A DNA stretch of 64,000 nucleotides from assembly GCA_964252035.1 (NCBI GenBank), contig OZ176204.1; one strand, 5' to 3'. A program made the position numbers and the translations under genes. How positions within the stretch are numbered: the first letter of the stretch is position 1; every line of letters starts with the position of its first letter. The notes under the pieces were generated by a model that was given only the letters and a program-made list of their open reading frames with translations, was not told the DNA's origin and searched no databases. This DNA is from Podarcis erhardii. Its lineage: Eukaryota. This document shows positions 10,575-23,884 of this stretch, piece by piece.

Positions 10575-13500
10575 TAATGCTTTGTGCATGCAGCAGTCCA
10601 TGAAAATGTGCTGTAGCTGTTATGCTCTTTAGACAAAGGCATGCCATGTAGTCTCTCCCCCCACCCACTCCCCTGCTGAGGAGCATGGGAGCATTAACAC
10701 CCAAATATGGCTAGAGGCTTTAATCTACAGAGGTGTGAGAACTGCTTTGCTGCTGTGCAGTTCTAGGATCCTGCATACAAACAACCTCATGAATGTGATA
10801 ATTGTGTGGGAATTTACACAGTTGTTCAGTTCAAAAATACTCCCTGCACCCATACTCACACCCATACAGCTGCAGATTTGTGCAAAGAGAACAACAGAAT
10901 TAAATTCATCACAGAAATGATCAATGGTCCAACCATATCACATAAGAGCACACCAAAATATGATACACAATTCCACTCATCTAGGCAATTTAGGTTACAA
11001 TCCTAACCCAACTTAATTCGGAGTAAGCCCAGTGGAATTCAATAGGATTTACATCTGAGTAGTAGTGGTTAAACTTGCACAGTTAGCTAGCTTTTTGGAG
11101 TTATCCTGCTAGATTAAAAGGGTTCACTTTGAAAGTAATCCTATGACAATTTAAACCACAGATCTCAACATTTTACATTATATATATTCAACATAGTTGT
11201 CATAAGAAAATTAAATAATACTTTTCTGAAAGTGCTTTATCATCATCACATATTTGTAAAACTATGAACAAAATTAAAGAAACATACTGTGATTTTATTA
11301 ACTGGGCAAAAAGTGAATGAAATATATTGGTGCTGGTTAAACAGTAATGGCATTTGCATTGAATAACTTGTCACATCCAGGTTTAAGCCTGGTCTTCAGA
11401 CTCTTCCTTGCAAAAATTATGCATCCGCATTGAGCTCTGTCTTTCCTGAGATAAAAGCATGTCCTGAATATTCTCTAGTCTTCAGGGCTACTAATTTGAA
11501 CAGGCTTGTCACTCTAAGTCTAGGGAGTTGTGGGATATTGACATTATATTGAATTATTTAAGGGGAAATAACAGTGCTTCTCATCCTATGAGATTGCTAT
11601 TTCCAAGCAACGCATAGCATTCTTCTTATGTTCATGTTAGCCCCAGTTTTTCAGAATTATATACAATGAAAAATAAAAAGGCAAGAAATAAAGTTGCCTA
11701 GTTATGCATGACTTCACAGAGAAACTGCATGCAAAGCCCCAAATTTCTGCAATTCACAGCCCAAGTCTACTCTGAAATCCATTCCATTCCATTGGGCTTT
11801 TTCCTAAGTTAAGTGGTTATAGGATGACAAACTCAGCTTCCTTTTGTCTTGTGATAAGAAACAAAATATTACAGATGAACTTCTGCCTCAGTTTATATAT
11901 TGTGTACTATATATCACATAATATTACATACTAAAGAATACCTACAGTTCTGTTTAATTAAGGATATATACCAAGAGACTTGTCAGTCAGACCCCTATGA
12001 CATAGAAGTTCACAATCAGACCTTCTTTAAAAACCACCCAAATTACCAATAGCTTGGAGACGCTACTCACAGGGATCTTGCCCATTCTGAAGCAGTGGTA
12101 ACCTCAGTCTTCTCACAAATATCAGGGGGAAAGTCCACGGAAAGGACAGGGAGCAAAATACTCTGTTTCAGAACTTTACTTTATACTTTAAGCAGAGAGA
12201 AGGTAACAGAACCTCACAGCAGAAAACCCATTTATTTGAAAACAGCCATTGACTTGGTCTTCAGGGTAGAAGGGAGAAAAGACAGGGAAGAGAAACCAGA
12301 GAAAATTCACACTGTATTCCAGCCACTATCACCCAAAGAAATAGACTAGATGTGGTGGGAAATAATCTCACGATAGGGCTAAATCAAACTATGGTAAAAT
12401 ATTGTGTATTCCAAAAACAGCAGTCCGCAATTGTCAGCACCGTCGTTTATATCAGGTTTTTAAACTTTTCCCAGTAACAATTCCACAGGGAGGTCAGCTA
12501 ATCAAACTAAATTTGTGGTCTCTTATTGTCTGTAACAGCGGCTGGGCAGCTTTCCTGGGGCACTTGGAAGGTGCACAAAAAGAGTGCACTCAATTACTGG
12601 GCTAGAAGCAAAGGAAGTCCCACCATGACCCCCCTCACAGACCTATTACAAGGATAGAACTAGAATTCCTTGGAGCTATCTGGTATTAATAATGGTGTAA
12701 GCAGCCAACCCTTTCACCAGTATCACCCTGGAAACAATTGAACGGATGCTTAAGTTTGGCAAGTTGTGACACTCGCAATCTAAGAAGGAAGATGCCAAGA
12801 AATCTGCTGACTGCTGTAAGTGAGAAATTCCAATGTAGGGGTGGAATTCAATGTAGTGCTGACTAGCTCATTCCACCAATGCAAGAGTTTCTGCTTGTCA
12901 GATGGTATGCTCCCTTAGTCTCTCCCTGCGCACTGTTCTGGGGGTTCTCCTGACCTGACCTTCCAGAGCAGTTTTGGGAAAGGCACTGGGGAGGAGAGGG
13001 GGATCCTTGTGCTGGCTTCCGCTAGCATAATGGGATAGCTAAATCCAGCCCTTGTATTTGAAAGAGCAGAGGGAAGAAATGGTCATAGACTTTTAAAGCA
13101 TGCAGCTGGAATACATCCTTGAGGTTGTCAGGTGGCTGAAAGTTTCTCCTGGAGACTTTAGAATCCTAACTGGCATCATTTGTCCATTCAAGTCCAATGG
13201 GCACATAGCTGTGTTAGAACGTTCCTTTTGTAAGCACTACCCATGTGATGCAGATTGAGAATTAAGAGATTGCCAGTTATCTGTGTAATAAGTTCCTTAG
13301 CCTTTGTTACTCACAGAAAGGATTCATCTACAACATTTACTGGGTGGGTGTGTACTCCCATTGTTCACACCATATGATTGCTAAAAATGGAATTCATTTT
13401 TTGTTTGCTTGTTTTTTTTCTTTTCAAAGATGAAACAAAGAAACAATAAAGGATTTCCTACAAACAAAAAAGGAGAAGACAGAAAGATCTTGGGAAGATA

Positions 13501-16370
13501 ACTGGAGACCCATTGGGGAAAACTCTGAAAAGATAAAAATATTAGCATTTGCTAGCACACTTAACTAGCGCATACCATTGTCTTTTGTTTCTGAGTAAAG
13601 TAACCACCAGGGAGGCCCCTGCCCTTTTTAGACCTGGGCACATGTGGAATTCTGAGAAAGTGCTATGGGCATCAGTCACAAAATGGCTGCCATAGAAAAG
13701 GACGAACATAGAAGTCAGATAAAAACTGGATCCTCTTTCTTTATTTTTACATGGAATTTACCCAATTTGTCACTTCACAATACTGAAAAGCAGGTATTGT
13801 GAACAGTATCACACATCTCCATTTTCCACTCATTGAATTAATCCAATTGGTTGTTTCCTCTTTAGTGTGAGATACAGTTCTCTGTTACATCCAAATGAAC
13901 AAACTATGATTCATACTTGGCTTCCTAACTGGAATTGCAGACTATTGTTTGATGCTTGATTGCAGTCCAAGAGAAGATGCAGTCCAAGAGAAGGTATGAA
14001 CTCACAAAAACAAAAACTGGGCACTTCCCTCCTCATGCTCTTTGCATCCTTCTCTGGCCTATATGCAAAGTTCAGACATGCACTCTATCCTTCTAATCAG
14101 AAATCCTCTCTTCACTGTTCTACCCAGACGACAGGGGATATTGAGCAGTGATGGATGTAGTTGTGAGGAATAGAAAGAGGGTGTGTGGGGTGTGTAAGAG
14201 AAGGAGGCAACATGCAAGCTCAGTTTTTATTCTTGTAGCACCATACCACAGTTTGACAACATCTGACCCAGTTCGCTGAATTGAGGCAAGAAGCAATTGC
14301 AAAAGAAACACAAGTCGCCTATGAGTTTGATACTGATATAATGCTGCAGGGAATACCTGGTAGATATTTGCACCTTGATCTAGCATTTTAAAAATATGCA
14401 GAACTTGCATAGTTCCCCCTCATAATGTAGAAAGCAGTCCTCAGATTCAAGGCAAAATATGAAGGTGTTGTTGGCATAACAAAAACATGGATAGCTCAGT
14501 CATCTGGAAAGGTCTCCAGGGTGCAATCTAGGAAGTGTGTGGGTTCCCTCCCTCCAAAAAATGATCAAAGTAGAAGCACTCTTTCAACAGGTGTAATTAT
14601 AAAACAAACAAAGCATGTCAGTTAATGTTTCACAATCATGATGAAAATTGTATCTGTTTGGGGTGCACTGCACAGCTGTCTTGAAAGTTTAAGAAGACAA
14701 CATAGAACAACATAGAGAACATAATATAAAGTCAGAAATTCCAACAAATATTAAAGACAACTTCTAGTCTGAAAGAGCAGATTTACTTTTTTTAATGTAA
14801 CAACACTAAAACCTTGAAACCCAAGGCCTCCATTCATGCTGATCTAAGTCTCTTTAGTTCTCATCAATTTTACCCGTCACTGAAGATGGTGTACCTTTGA
14901 TGTGAACTAATTACATTCGAAACATTTTGTCAAACAGCTTAATGCGGATGCCAAATAAGCTCTGTCTGTCTAAACAGGGCTTTAGACAACTTATCACTTT
15001 CACTGTTAACTAAGAGCTATGTTCCACTTCAAATAGACCATTATGCTGAACCCAAAAGCAATCTACATATAAAAATATCTTGCAACATACAAGGGTTAAA
15101 TACGAATCTGCTTCCAACTTATCTACTTTTTTTTCCTTTGTATTTGCACTGAACTGAACTGAGCAGAGCAGGCACTCTTCTTTATCATACACATTTATAT
15201 AATGTATAGAGTAAAACATACAGTGCCCAAAGCCCGGCTTCTTTTATCTGCTAAAACTACCAACATGACAAGAGAAAGTGTTTTAGGACAAGGCATTCTG
15301 TCTGCTGTCTGTAGCATCATTTCAAGATTCTCTCCAAAGAATCTTGTTTATTAAAAATGCATTAAAAAGAATGATTATTGCAAAACAAAGAACAACAATA
15401 GGGGGAAACCACATAGAGTGTGTTAGAACCTTACTGCTGGAGGTGAGAAAACACTGGCATTTAGCCCTGTGAGCAGAAATTTGATAACAAATAGTTTTCT
15501 TTCTTTCACTTAATAGAAGGTTGGAATGGACAGAGCTGGTAGTTACAAAATAGTGAAATTGTTCTTATTCTAGAATATTTGTGTTTTTCTGGAATGTGAG
15601 AGGAATCAATAAAACAGCATTGCACTCACCAAAGTAGAGTAAGGAAGTGGCAAGGTAGCAAACAAATGAGATGAAAAGTACTAGTTGCCATCTGATGTCT
15701 CCCTCACACTTTCTTCTTCAGTCCAGTCATTTAGCACATCATTATTTGGTGCCATTGGGCATATTTTTCTTCCCTCCTTTGACTTTCCCCTATTCACTTG
15801 CACTTGCACTTGCACTTCCATTTCAATCTGCAGAAACGATGCCTGTAGCGGAATGACTTCCAGATATCCAGAAAGTTTGAATGACATGAACAGTCCCATA
15901 TGTAAGTGATATGGAAAGACTGTTGCAAAAAACCAGGCAAACTTTTTTTGTTTTTTAAGAAAGAATCAAAATCACAGAAAAACACTTTCAGTTTGGGCTT
16001 ATAAAACTGACAGCAAGAGGACAGCAGGCATGAATTAAATTCTGTACCAGATGCAGATGCTGCACTGATAACCTTCAGTATGCCACCTAACACGGTATCT
16101 GTAATGCTGAAACACACACTCAGCTGGGGGATTTATGGTCCTAGGAGCGACATCCTATTTTTGCTGATAGCATAGGGCTTTAAATGATAGAAAGCTCATT
16201 TTGGATTTGCATCTCTATCCATCATTTTTCCTTGGAAAACTTAAAAATTAGGGATAAGGTTTTTTTAAAAAAAAAAATCTCAAAGATTTGCAGTACAGGA
16301 ACTCCCACCCACTGGATCTTCACCAAATCACTGGGTTCTGTCGCATTCTATTAACTTGGTTCAGTAAGAG

Positions 16371-16506
16371 CAGGCATAGGCAAACTCGGCCTTCCAGATG
16401 TTTTGGGACTACAACTCCCATCATCCCTGTCCACTGGTCCTGATAGCTAGAGATGATGGGAGTTGTAGTCTCAAAACATCTGGAGGGCCGAGTTTGCCTA
16501 TGCCTG
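16371..16506. mobile_element. hAT-type palindromic MITE
   Basis: 58-bp arms with 3 mismatches and 8-bp TSD AGTAAGAG (16363-16370 / 16507-16514). Confidence 0.9.
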
Positions 16507-17488
16507 AGTAAGAGCCTAGGTATGAAGCTCCTCAGCCATGAAGCTCACTGACCAACAAATGCTTTGTCTTAAAGAAATGAAGAACAATTCAAGACCTTTG
16601 CTGTGCCATCATATTCAGTCAACTTTTGGAAACATGGGAAGACACATCACCAGGAACTGGATAAATTTCAAAGTCTTTCATGGGTCAATGACTTAAAGTT
16701 GTCAATCTTGCAAACAAAGTGCAATCTTCAGCGTTAACATGATATGACTAATACATGTCCCTTTTCTTATTGTTTTAATTGCCTTAAAACAGAATGTGTT
16801 TATAGCAAGTTGAAAAGGTCAAATATCGTGGGTGGATGCCATATAAAAGATGGGTGATTTATGGCTATTTACCTGTACCTTTGCTTATGTATGATAAGAT
16901 AATATAGGACAATTAAGTGCTCTGTGGCTCCATCCTGTTTGCCAATAGATATAGGAAAGTACACTTCAGATGAGACTCTTTCATACACCAGCACATTGCT
17001 GCTGTCAGGAAAAGCCAAGGTCTGCTGTCTAAAGATACCTAAAGGAAATTATCTCTGTGGTGTGCATAATAAGCAGTGCCTTTAGGTCTGGTTTACAGTA
17101 CGGTCACATACATTTCCACCCAAAGGTAAGCCCCATTCAGTTCACTTAAACTTACTTTAGGTATTTGTGTATAGGATTGCTGCCTAAATCTAACAGGTCC
17201 ATAGTGTAATCCTCAGCATATGATTCAAAAGCATATGATTCAATGGGACTCATTGTGCTTAGGATTTCATTTGTTATTCATAACCTTGTCACCCCCAAGT
17301 GCCATATATGATGGGATCCATTAAGATTAGTAGGGATGTCCAGCTTTTGCAGCAAACAAGAATTGATAACTATAGTGTGAGCATAGGACATGGAAGTTAG
17401 GATGGTGGAAAGAAGCATTTGAGTTCTGCCACCAGTGGACATATGAGTCACATGGTTATAGATAAGCATTATCTATAATCCCCTACAT

Positions 17489-17920
17489 TAGGGGTGAGGA
17501 ACCTGTGGCTCCCCAGATGCTGTTGGACTGCAATTCCCATTAGGCAACACCGAGAATGGAGTGGTAGTCCAAAAACATCTGGATGGCCATAGGTTCCTTA
17601 TCCCTGTTCAGGAAGGGAAAACACATTGCAGGTATTTTATAAAAGTATTTGTTTATGCAGACCTAAGCAAGCTAAAACAGCCAACCTCATATCCCCCAAT
17701 GTTTTTCAATCCCAGCTCTCATCAGTTCCAGCCAGCATGGCCAATAGTCAAGAGTTGTTGGGCGCTGTAGCCCAATAACATTTGGGGGGGGGGTGTCCCA
17801 CACTGAAGATGCCTGGTCTAGACTGTAAAACTGGATGGGGAATCTGTGGTTCTCTAAATGTTGTTGGATTGCAACTCCTATCACCCCTGGCTACTGGCCA
17901 TGGGAGTTGCCACAGGTTCC
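17489..17920. mobile_element. Cluster of three degenerate hAT-type MITEs (~17489-17606, ~17690-17825, ~17835-17915)
   Basis: Each carries the ccagatgttgttggact.caa.tccca / tgggagttg motifs. Other degenerate copies lie near 130-222, 4839-4948, 23935-24010, 30885-31025, 37095-37225 and 41120-41245. Confidence 0.7.
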
Positions 17921-19006
17921 TCATCTTTGCTCTACGTGGGTTAGGTTCTGGTTTATCTGGTTTTCAAGGGCCTTCTTCCAGTTCTTGATACCACTGAGTC
18001 AGGAAGAGGCCTGAGAAGATAGGTTATCTTGGAAGACATGTGCCTCATGTCCTAAGTTCAAACATACCCTGTTTGACTCCGTAGAGTCTAATACCTAGAC
18101 TCTACTACCTTGATTTTAATACCTAATGCCTAGATTCTATGTTGCACATTATTCACATGCCTAACTTTGGTGAGGATAGAAATAGAGAGCATGCCCAAGA
18201 GTGAGTGAAGAGTGTCTTATAGAGAGTGAAGAAAGGCAATTATATCTTACAGCAATGAGAGAAAAGAAAGATTTTGGGAAATGCTGGCCCATTGTGACTT
18301 TGGGTAGTTTTGACTTTGGGTAGAGATATATCCCTATATAAATATAAACTATATATGTGTTTTAATTACATGTGCAGTCTCCCCATCACCCCATCTAGTC
18401 ACTTAATTCTCCACTGTCTGATCACTTCATTATTTGCTCTTAAAACAGCACTTGGTCTCCCTCCTGGACAGAGCTTTATAACTGCTTCCATATTAGCAGC
18501 AGGACTATTCATTAGCATTATATAATAATGTGTATTTTCTGCTAATAGCATCAAACTGCCAATGCCTTTGTGATGCAACAACTGTCTAATATAATACTGA
18601 AAACATTTTGCTTTTAAATTCTTTTATGCTGCTTGAAAGTGCTCAAGACAGTGATAATGGAATCAAAATGTAACCATTTTGTATTTGCAAGTGACACAGA
18701 AAGAAAATGCATTTATTTATGGTGCTGCATATTTTTTTGCCCACATAAAGACCTCCACTTTATGAATCAGTTCTGCTGGCCAAGTTATTACATGTTCCTG
18801 AAGCCAGTTTATCTTTCTGCAAAACATTATCTATCACTAATAGACATAAAGCTATTGCACAAGATAGTCTAATAATTACTAATGCCAATTATTGGGTGAT
18901 ATTTGGCTTTTTGCAGGAAAGAACAATACTAAAGGCAATCTGGGCACTATAATTAAATAATGTGCCCTAAAAATCACAAATAAGGTTTCCTATCTATCAT
19001 CTAGCA

Positions 19007-19142
19007 CAGTGTTTCCCAACCTTGGGCCTCCAGCTGTTTTTGAACTACAATTCCCATCATCCCTGACCACTGGTCTTGCTAGCTAGGGATGATGGGAGTT
19101 GTAGTCCAAAAACAGCTGGAGGCCCAAGGTTGGAAAACACTG
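19007..19142. mobile_element. hAT-type palindromic MITE
   Basis: 58-bp arms with 3 mismatches and 8-bp TSD ATCTAGCA (18999-19006 / 19143-19150). Confidence 0.9.
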
Positions 19143-20229
19143 ATCTAGCACATGCCTGGGGCTGTTCCTCTGTTGTTATTTTTACATATACACATGCCTG
19201 CAACAATGTTGTGTGTATTGATCTCCCAGTGCATCCTTTCACAGAGATATGTATCAGGAGACGAAATGGGGAAATCAGCATTCTTACATCCATGTCAGAA
19301 CAAATGAAACTGGTATGACCATTCTCGTATTACAAAACTCTTATACATGAACATGCGCATGCCTGCGAAAGGTACTGTGGAAACCTGATATCCCCATCTC
19401 CTCGCTAGAATAATCACTAAATCTTCACTTGTTTTGAACCAGACACTTAAGAACACAAAAGATGCTGAATGCAAAACAGAAGCTGACATTTTTGTTTTCT
19501 ATTGTTTAGAAAGGAGGAGAGTAAAGTGTCTTCATAAACTATCACACATACAAAATGAAAATGGGCGATGAAATTTGAAGCAATCAGTAAGGTCATCCAC
19601 AGATATACATCTGAATATTGAGGAAAGCTTCACCTATCAGTTTGTTATGCACCTGTTGAAGGAACAGAAGGCCTGCCAGCAAAACATTGGCAATACGGTA
19701 ATTTAGCTGTGGCTCAACATTGCAAGTTGCACAATCTCAAAAATTATGCACGTTATACGTGCATAATTTATTCTGCTTGCAAAGTTGAGAGCGATGAACA
19801 AGGATGGAGTGAGTGAAATAGAAAGAAAAGAGAAGAACATGGGCATGTATGGGGGAAATATTTGCTCTGGGCCAGGTCCAAAGCTCTGCTGGGGGTGGGG
19901 AGTGAGGATAAGGAAGAAAAGGGGAACATGTGCTGGAAGCACCCTCCATTTTTTTCCAGCAAGTTTCAAAATTGTCCCTATAACCAAGAGAGCTTGGCAA
20001 CATTTATTTTAAAAAAAAACTTGTTTAAAAGCAAAGTTTTTATGAAGGTAAAATCTGCACCAGATTTTTTAAAGTAAACCTATTATCCTATAGAAAACGG
20101 TGGGCATACCTTAATTTTGAATGTCACAGCCCCAAATATCCCACCATGTTTTCTACCCTAAAGCAGAAATGCAATCAAGTAAGAAAATAGGGCAGAAAAA
20201 GAAGAAGAAATGGGGAGATGGTTAAAAAT

Positions 20230-20420
20230 AATTAATGTCAGTTACCGAGTCAGCTGGCTACCTGTGCGGTAGAAATAAACCCAATTACATGTTTCCATAT
20301 AATTTTCACATCAAACATATATTAACTCTGTTTCCACTTACTAAAGCAACTAGCAGTCAAGATTACTAAATATTTTTTAGTTCTCTTTAGCAAAGCCATT
20401 TTTCTGAACACAAGATTAAA
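20230..20420. promoter_or_regulatory. Putative conserved non-coding element
   Basis: TE-free and complex AT-rich, with TAATTAAT, CAATTA and retained CpGs. Confidence 0.3.
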
Positions 20421-21627
20421 GTAGCACATGTGCAAACTCACTTATATTTCAATAGAAAAACCAGGAAAAGTTTAAAATGTCACACAGGAGTACTAAAAGT
20501 GTAAGCATCTTTTTAAGATGCTGGGTTTTTTTATATAAGAAAGGGGAGGATTAGGAGAATCTAATCAAGATCTATACAAAACTTTTAAGACAAATAGTAG
20601 CATGTTGTGATCTTGATCATTCTTCTTTCAAATAATGAAATGCCCTCAACTTACAAATTTATCCACTGCAGATAAAACAGGTGGTGGGAAAATTTGTGCC
20701 CCGGTGACTTTGGATGATCTTTACTAATGATCAGGTAGTAGCTGATTTTAGCACAAAGATGAGGCTAGCCGAATACAGCCCATAAGGGACTGCTCAGTGT
20801 ACACACACACACACACAACCTCAGTTCTCTGCATGGAAGGGTATAAGCTTATACGTCATTATGTTTGTGCAGTTTTAATCAGGCTTTTTAGGTTTAAGAA
20901 ATGCCCTTGACAAACTGCTCGGCTATGCAAGATGTATTGGTGAGAGCATATTTTCAAAGCCTGGATTTACCGTATTTCATTTTAATTTTAAAAGGTTTTT
21001 AAGAAGGTGAACATTTAGACTCTGATACAGAGGCACTTATGTCACAGTCCTCAAGTTTAACATGCATTTCAATTCCAATTCAACACAATGTTTTTCTTTC
21101 AAGGTAGAGGATACTCTAAACAACATAATTTGTTTAAATGCTTTCTCCCAGGGAATAGTCAACAACTATTTTAATGTGTAGCTATGACTGATAGTATAGA
21201 AATGCAAGATTACATAACCTATACACATTACAAGCTTGCTGCATTAAAAAAACACCTTCGGTTTAAGGTGTATAGCAGAATAATATCTGAAGAAGAGAGA
21301 GAGAAATCACAAAGATTACAATCTCCACACACAATTATTATTATTATTGAACTAACGCAGGTAGAAGGCAGATGCAATGTAAGCTATTCAAATGTGCTGG
21401 AACATCTCTGTTTCCCAAGAGAACAAAGAAGCATATCAGGGAATTGAATGCTGGTTCCAGCTATCACTCTTGCAACTTTCCATCTACTCCCTCCTGGCTA
21501 CAGAAGATGGCACTCTGGCTTTAGAAGACGGTACTCTGTGGGCAACAGGCCCTCCCTTCCCTGTTCTACATATCATTATGGGAAAGACTGAGTGCAGAGA
21601 ACTAACCAGCTAGATTCTAGATAGTAC

Positions 21628-22090
21628 AATCATAGTTTCTACAACAGAATCAGAGGATTTATAGAGTTCGAAGGGACTCCACCCCCAAGGGGCATCCAGT
21701 CCAAATCCCTGCAATGCAGAATCTCTCCAAAAATTTTTATTGATTTTCAAAATTTATAGCAAACATAATAACAAACAAAGAAAACACAGAAAAACAAGCA
21801 AACAAACAAACATTTACCCTAACTGTTATAGTCCCACTTTTCTTATCATTGTCGTGTGACTTCCTCAAATCCCCCTAGCTGAGTTTCCATGTAACTCATT
21901 GTAGCAGTTTTCCACTTGCAATGCAGGAAACTCAACTAAAGCATCCATGGCAGGTGGCAATTCAACCCTGCTTAAGGACATCCAGTAAGGGAAAGTCCTC
22001 GTCTGTGGAGCAGGAAAAAACATGTTTGCTCCACCTTCCATGTGACAGCCCTTTAGATATTTGAAGATTGCTATCATTACCTCCCAGTTC
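21628..22090 (-). mobile_element. CR1 LINE 3' fragment, interrupted by an A-rich insertion (~21730-21870)
   Basis: Minus ORF MIAIFKYLKGCHMEGGANMFFPAP is the CR1 ORF2 C-terminus. The squamate CR1 3'UTR (ctgcattgcaggg...cccttcgaactcta...gattct) lies at 21628-21725. Confidence 0.8.
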
Positions 22091-22338
22091 TATGTTCTTG
22101 GTCCTATGTACACTGTGAAACAGCACTTGCAAACACCCAGTTCACAAATCCTGATTATAAGCCCCCAGAAGCTGCAAGGTAGTTCTAAAACTATAAACCG
22201 AAGAAATTAGCCACTTCTCTAAGCATTACCCTCTGATTCTCAGATATAACTGTGGTTTTCTTCTTTGTCAGAAGTGCCATTTTATTTTTTAGAGAGGGGT
22301 TGAAAAAGCTATAGTACTGACAAAGGACTGTCTTAGAG

Positions 22339-22485
22339 CAAGAATGGGGAACCTGTGCCCTCCTCCTCAAGTGTTGTTGTGGAACAACAACTCCCATCAT
22401 CCCTGACCATTGGGCCATGCTGGCTGGCACTGATAGGAGTTGAGAGTCCAACAACATCCAACAGGCCACACATTCTCTATCCCTG
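22339..22485. mobile_element. Older hAT-type MITE
   Basis: caactcccatcatccctgacca core and degenerate TSD TCTTAGAG/TCTTAAGG. Confidence 0.7.
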
Positions 22486-22704
22486 TCTTAAGGACTGGCC
22501 TTAAAGCACAGAGCACAACAACTATTGCTCCAGTGGAGAAACACCATCCTTAATGTTGCCTTTTCAAAAGCAATTCAGTGATGTTATACAAGCACAATAG
22601 TGTGGGTCAGCAATGATCCTCCAGAAACAGCTACCGTTGCGTGCTGAGGTCCCCAAAACACCCCTACCCCAATAACTCGCACATCACACATAATTTTTGT
22701 TTAA

Positions 22705-23279
22705 GGTTTTTGGCATAATTTTGGCCACAACTTTATTAAAATACAAATTGTGAGTGGTTGCTTAGGCATTGGTTATGACTTGCTGTCCCCTCCGCCTTGG
22801 GAGACAGCACTGACTCCCGGATTCCAGCGAGAGCCAGTGTGGAGGAACAAGATCAGGGATAACTGGAGCTGCGACACAGACCCTCAGCTTCTCCCCGCAT
22901 GCTCCCAGGAACTTATGCGGCCCGCACCCGATTCCAGGGGTTTGGACAAGAGGATGGTAAGCCCCTGAATTCCTTTAATGGAATTCCCGTGCAGCAGCAG
23001 CATTGGAGGGGCAGGCACAGCCAATCCATACCCCTCCACCAACCAATTTAACCAATGCCTAACCACCAACCTTACAAGTTGTGACGATTTGCTACACAGT
23101 AGGCAAAAACCAATTGGCACACACTAATCAGCCAAAAGGAAAAATTCCTACCAGGCCCCCGCACCAATGCGGACGACCCCATGACAGGCATAGCAAGGTC
23201 AAAGCACAAGCCCAATCAAGGGAGGGAGGGCGGGTGATCCGGTGCCCACAGCGAAAGAGAAAGGAACATTCTGTGAGCC
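22705..23279 (-). mobile_element. GC/CpG-rich unclassified insertion, possibly a terminal-repeat region of a tyrosine-recombinase (DIRS/Ngaro) or LTR element
   Basis: Abrupt GC and CpG rise, flanked by direct TTGTTTAA (22697-22704 / 23280-23287). Minus-strand AATAAAGTTGTGGCC near one end and an internal inverted repeat. Confidence 0.45.
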
Positions 23280-23672
23280 TTGTTTAAATAACCTCTGTTC
23301 CCACCCCTAAATTGGCAACATCAAATTTACCCCAGTAACACCAACCACCAATCTGATCCAAGCCCCTTCAATCTATCCTGCCTGGCAACCATGGGGTGCT
23401 TTGCTCGGCCCCATCCGCAACACGTGCTCTCCTTTAATGAGAACATGCCTTACCAGAAGGACCAGTGTATTGGGGTGAGTGATATACAGTGGATGGTGTG
23501 AGACTGAATTATGCACACTAACTAAAGGATTCTGTCCCACCCAGAGCATATTATGTTAGGTATATTTGATTTTATTTTTTTTAAATGGACTCATACCAAT
23601 TAGGCAGAACACAACACATTATTTATGTAGCCACAGTTATGTTTCTTTATCTATAAGATCAGGATACCAGTA

Positions 23673-23884
23673 CAGTGGTACCTCGGGTTACAGACGCTTC
23701 AGGTTACAGACTCTGCTAACCTAGAAATAGTACCTCGGGTTAAGAACTTTGCTTCAGGATGAGAACAGAAATAGTGCAGTGGAGGGAGGCCCCATTAGCT
23801 AAAGTGGTGCTTCAGGTTAAGAACAGTTTCAGGTTAAGAATGGACCTCCAGAACGAATTAAGTTCTTAACCCGAGGTCCTACTG
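23673..23884. mobile_element. Tc1/Mariner (Tigger-like) MITE
   Basis: TIR cagtggtacctcgggtta with TA TSD. Same family as the 52605 copy. Confidence 0.9.

Noticed and set aside
11238-11250. Sense-strand GTGATGA box C-like motif (also near 55686)
   Set aside because: No box D (CTGA) at a suitable distance and no terminal stem, so no snoRNA is called.
13430-15909. Apparent plus-strand spliced mini-gene (acceptor at ~13430 DETKKQ*; 13966-13993 QEKMQSKRR|gtatga; 15834 RNDACSGM...ICK*)
   Set aside because: It is antisense to TCF7L2, matches no protein I recognise, and the middle 'exon' is explained by a 17-bp tandem duplication (tgcagtccaagagaag x2).
16870-17040. Minus-strand acceptor/donor pair (cag|gtaaat at ~16872)
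   Set aside because: Weak donor, multiple stops, no conservation cue; such pseudo-exons are common in long introns.
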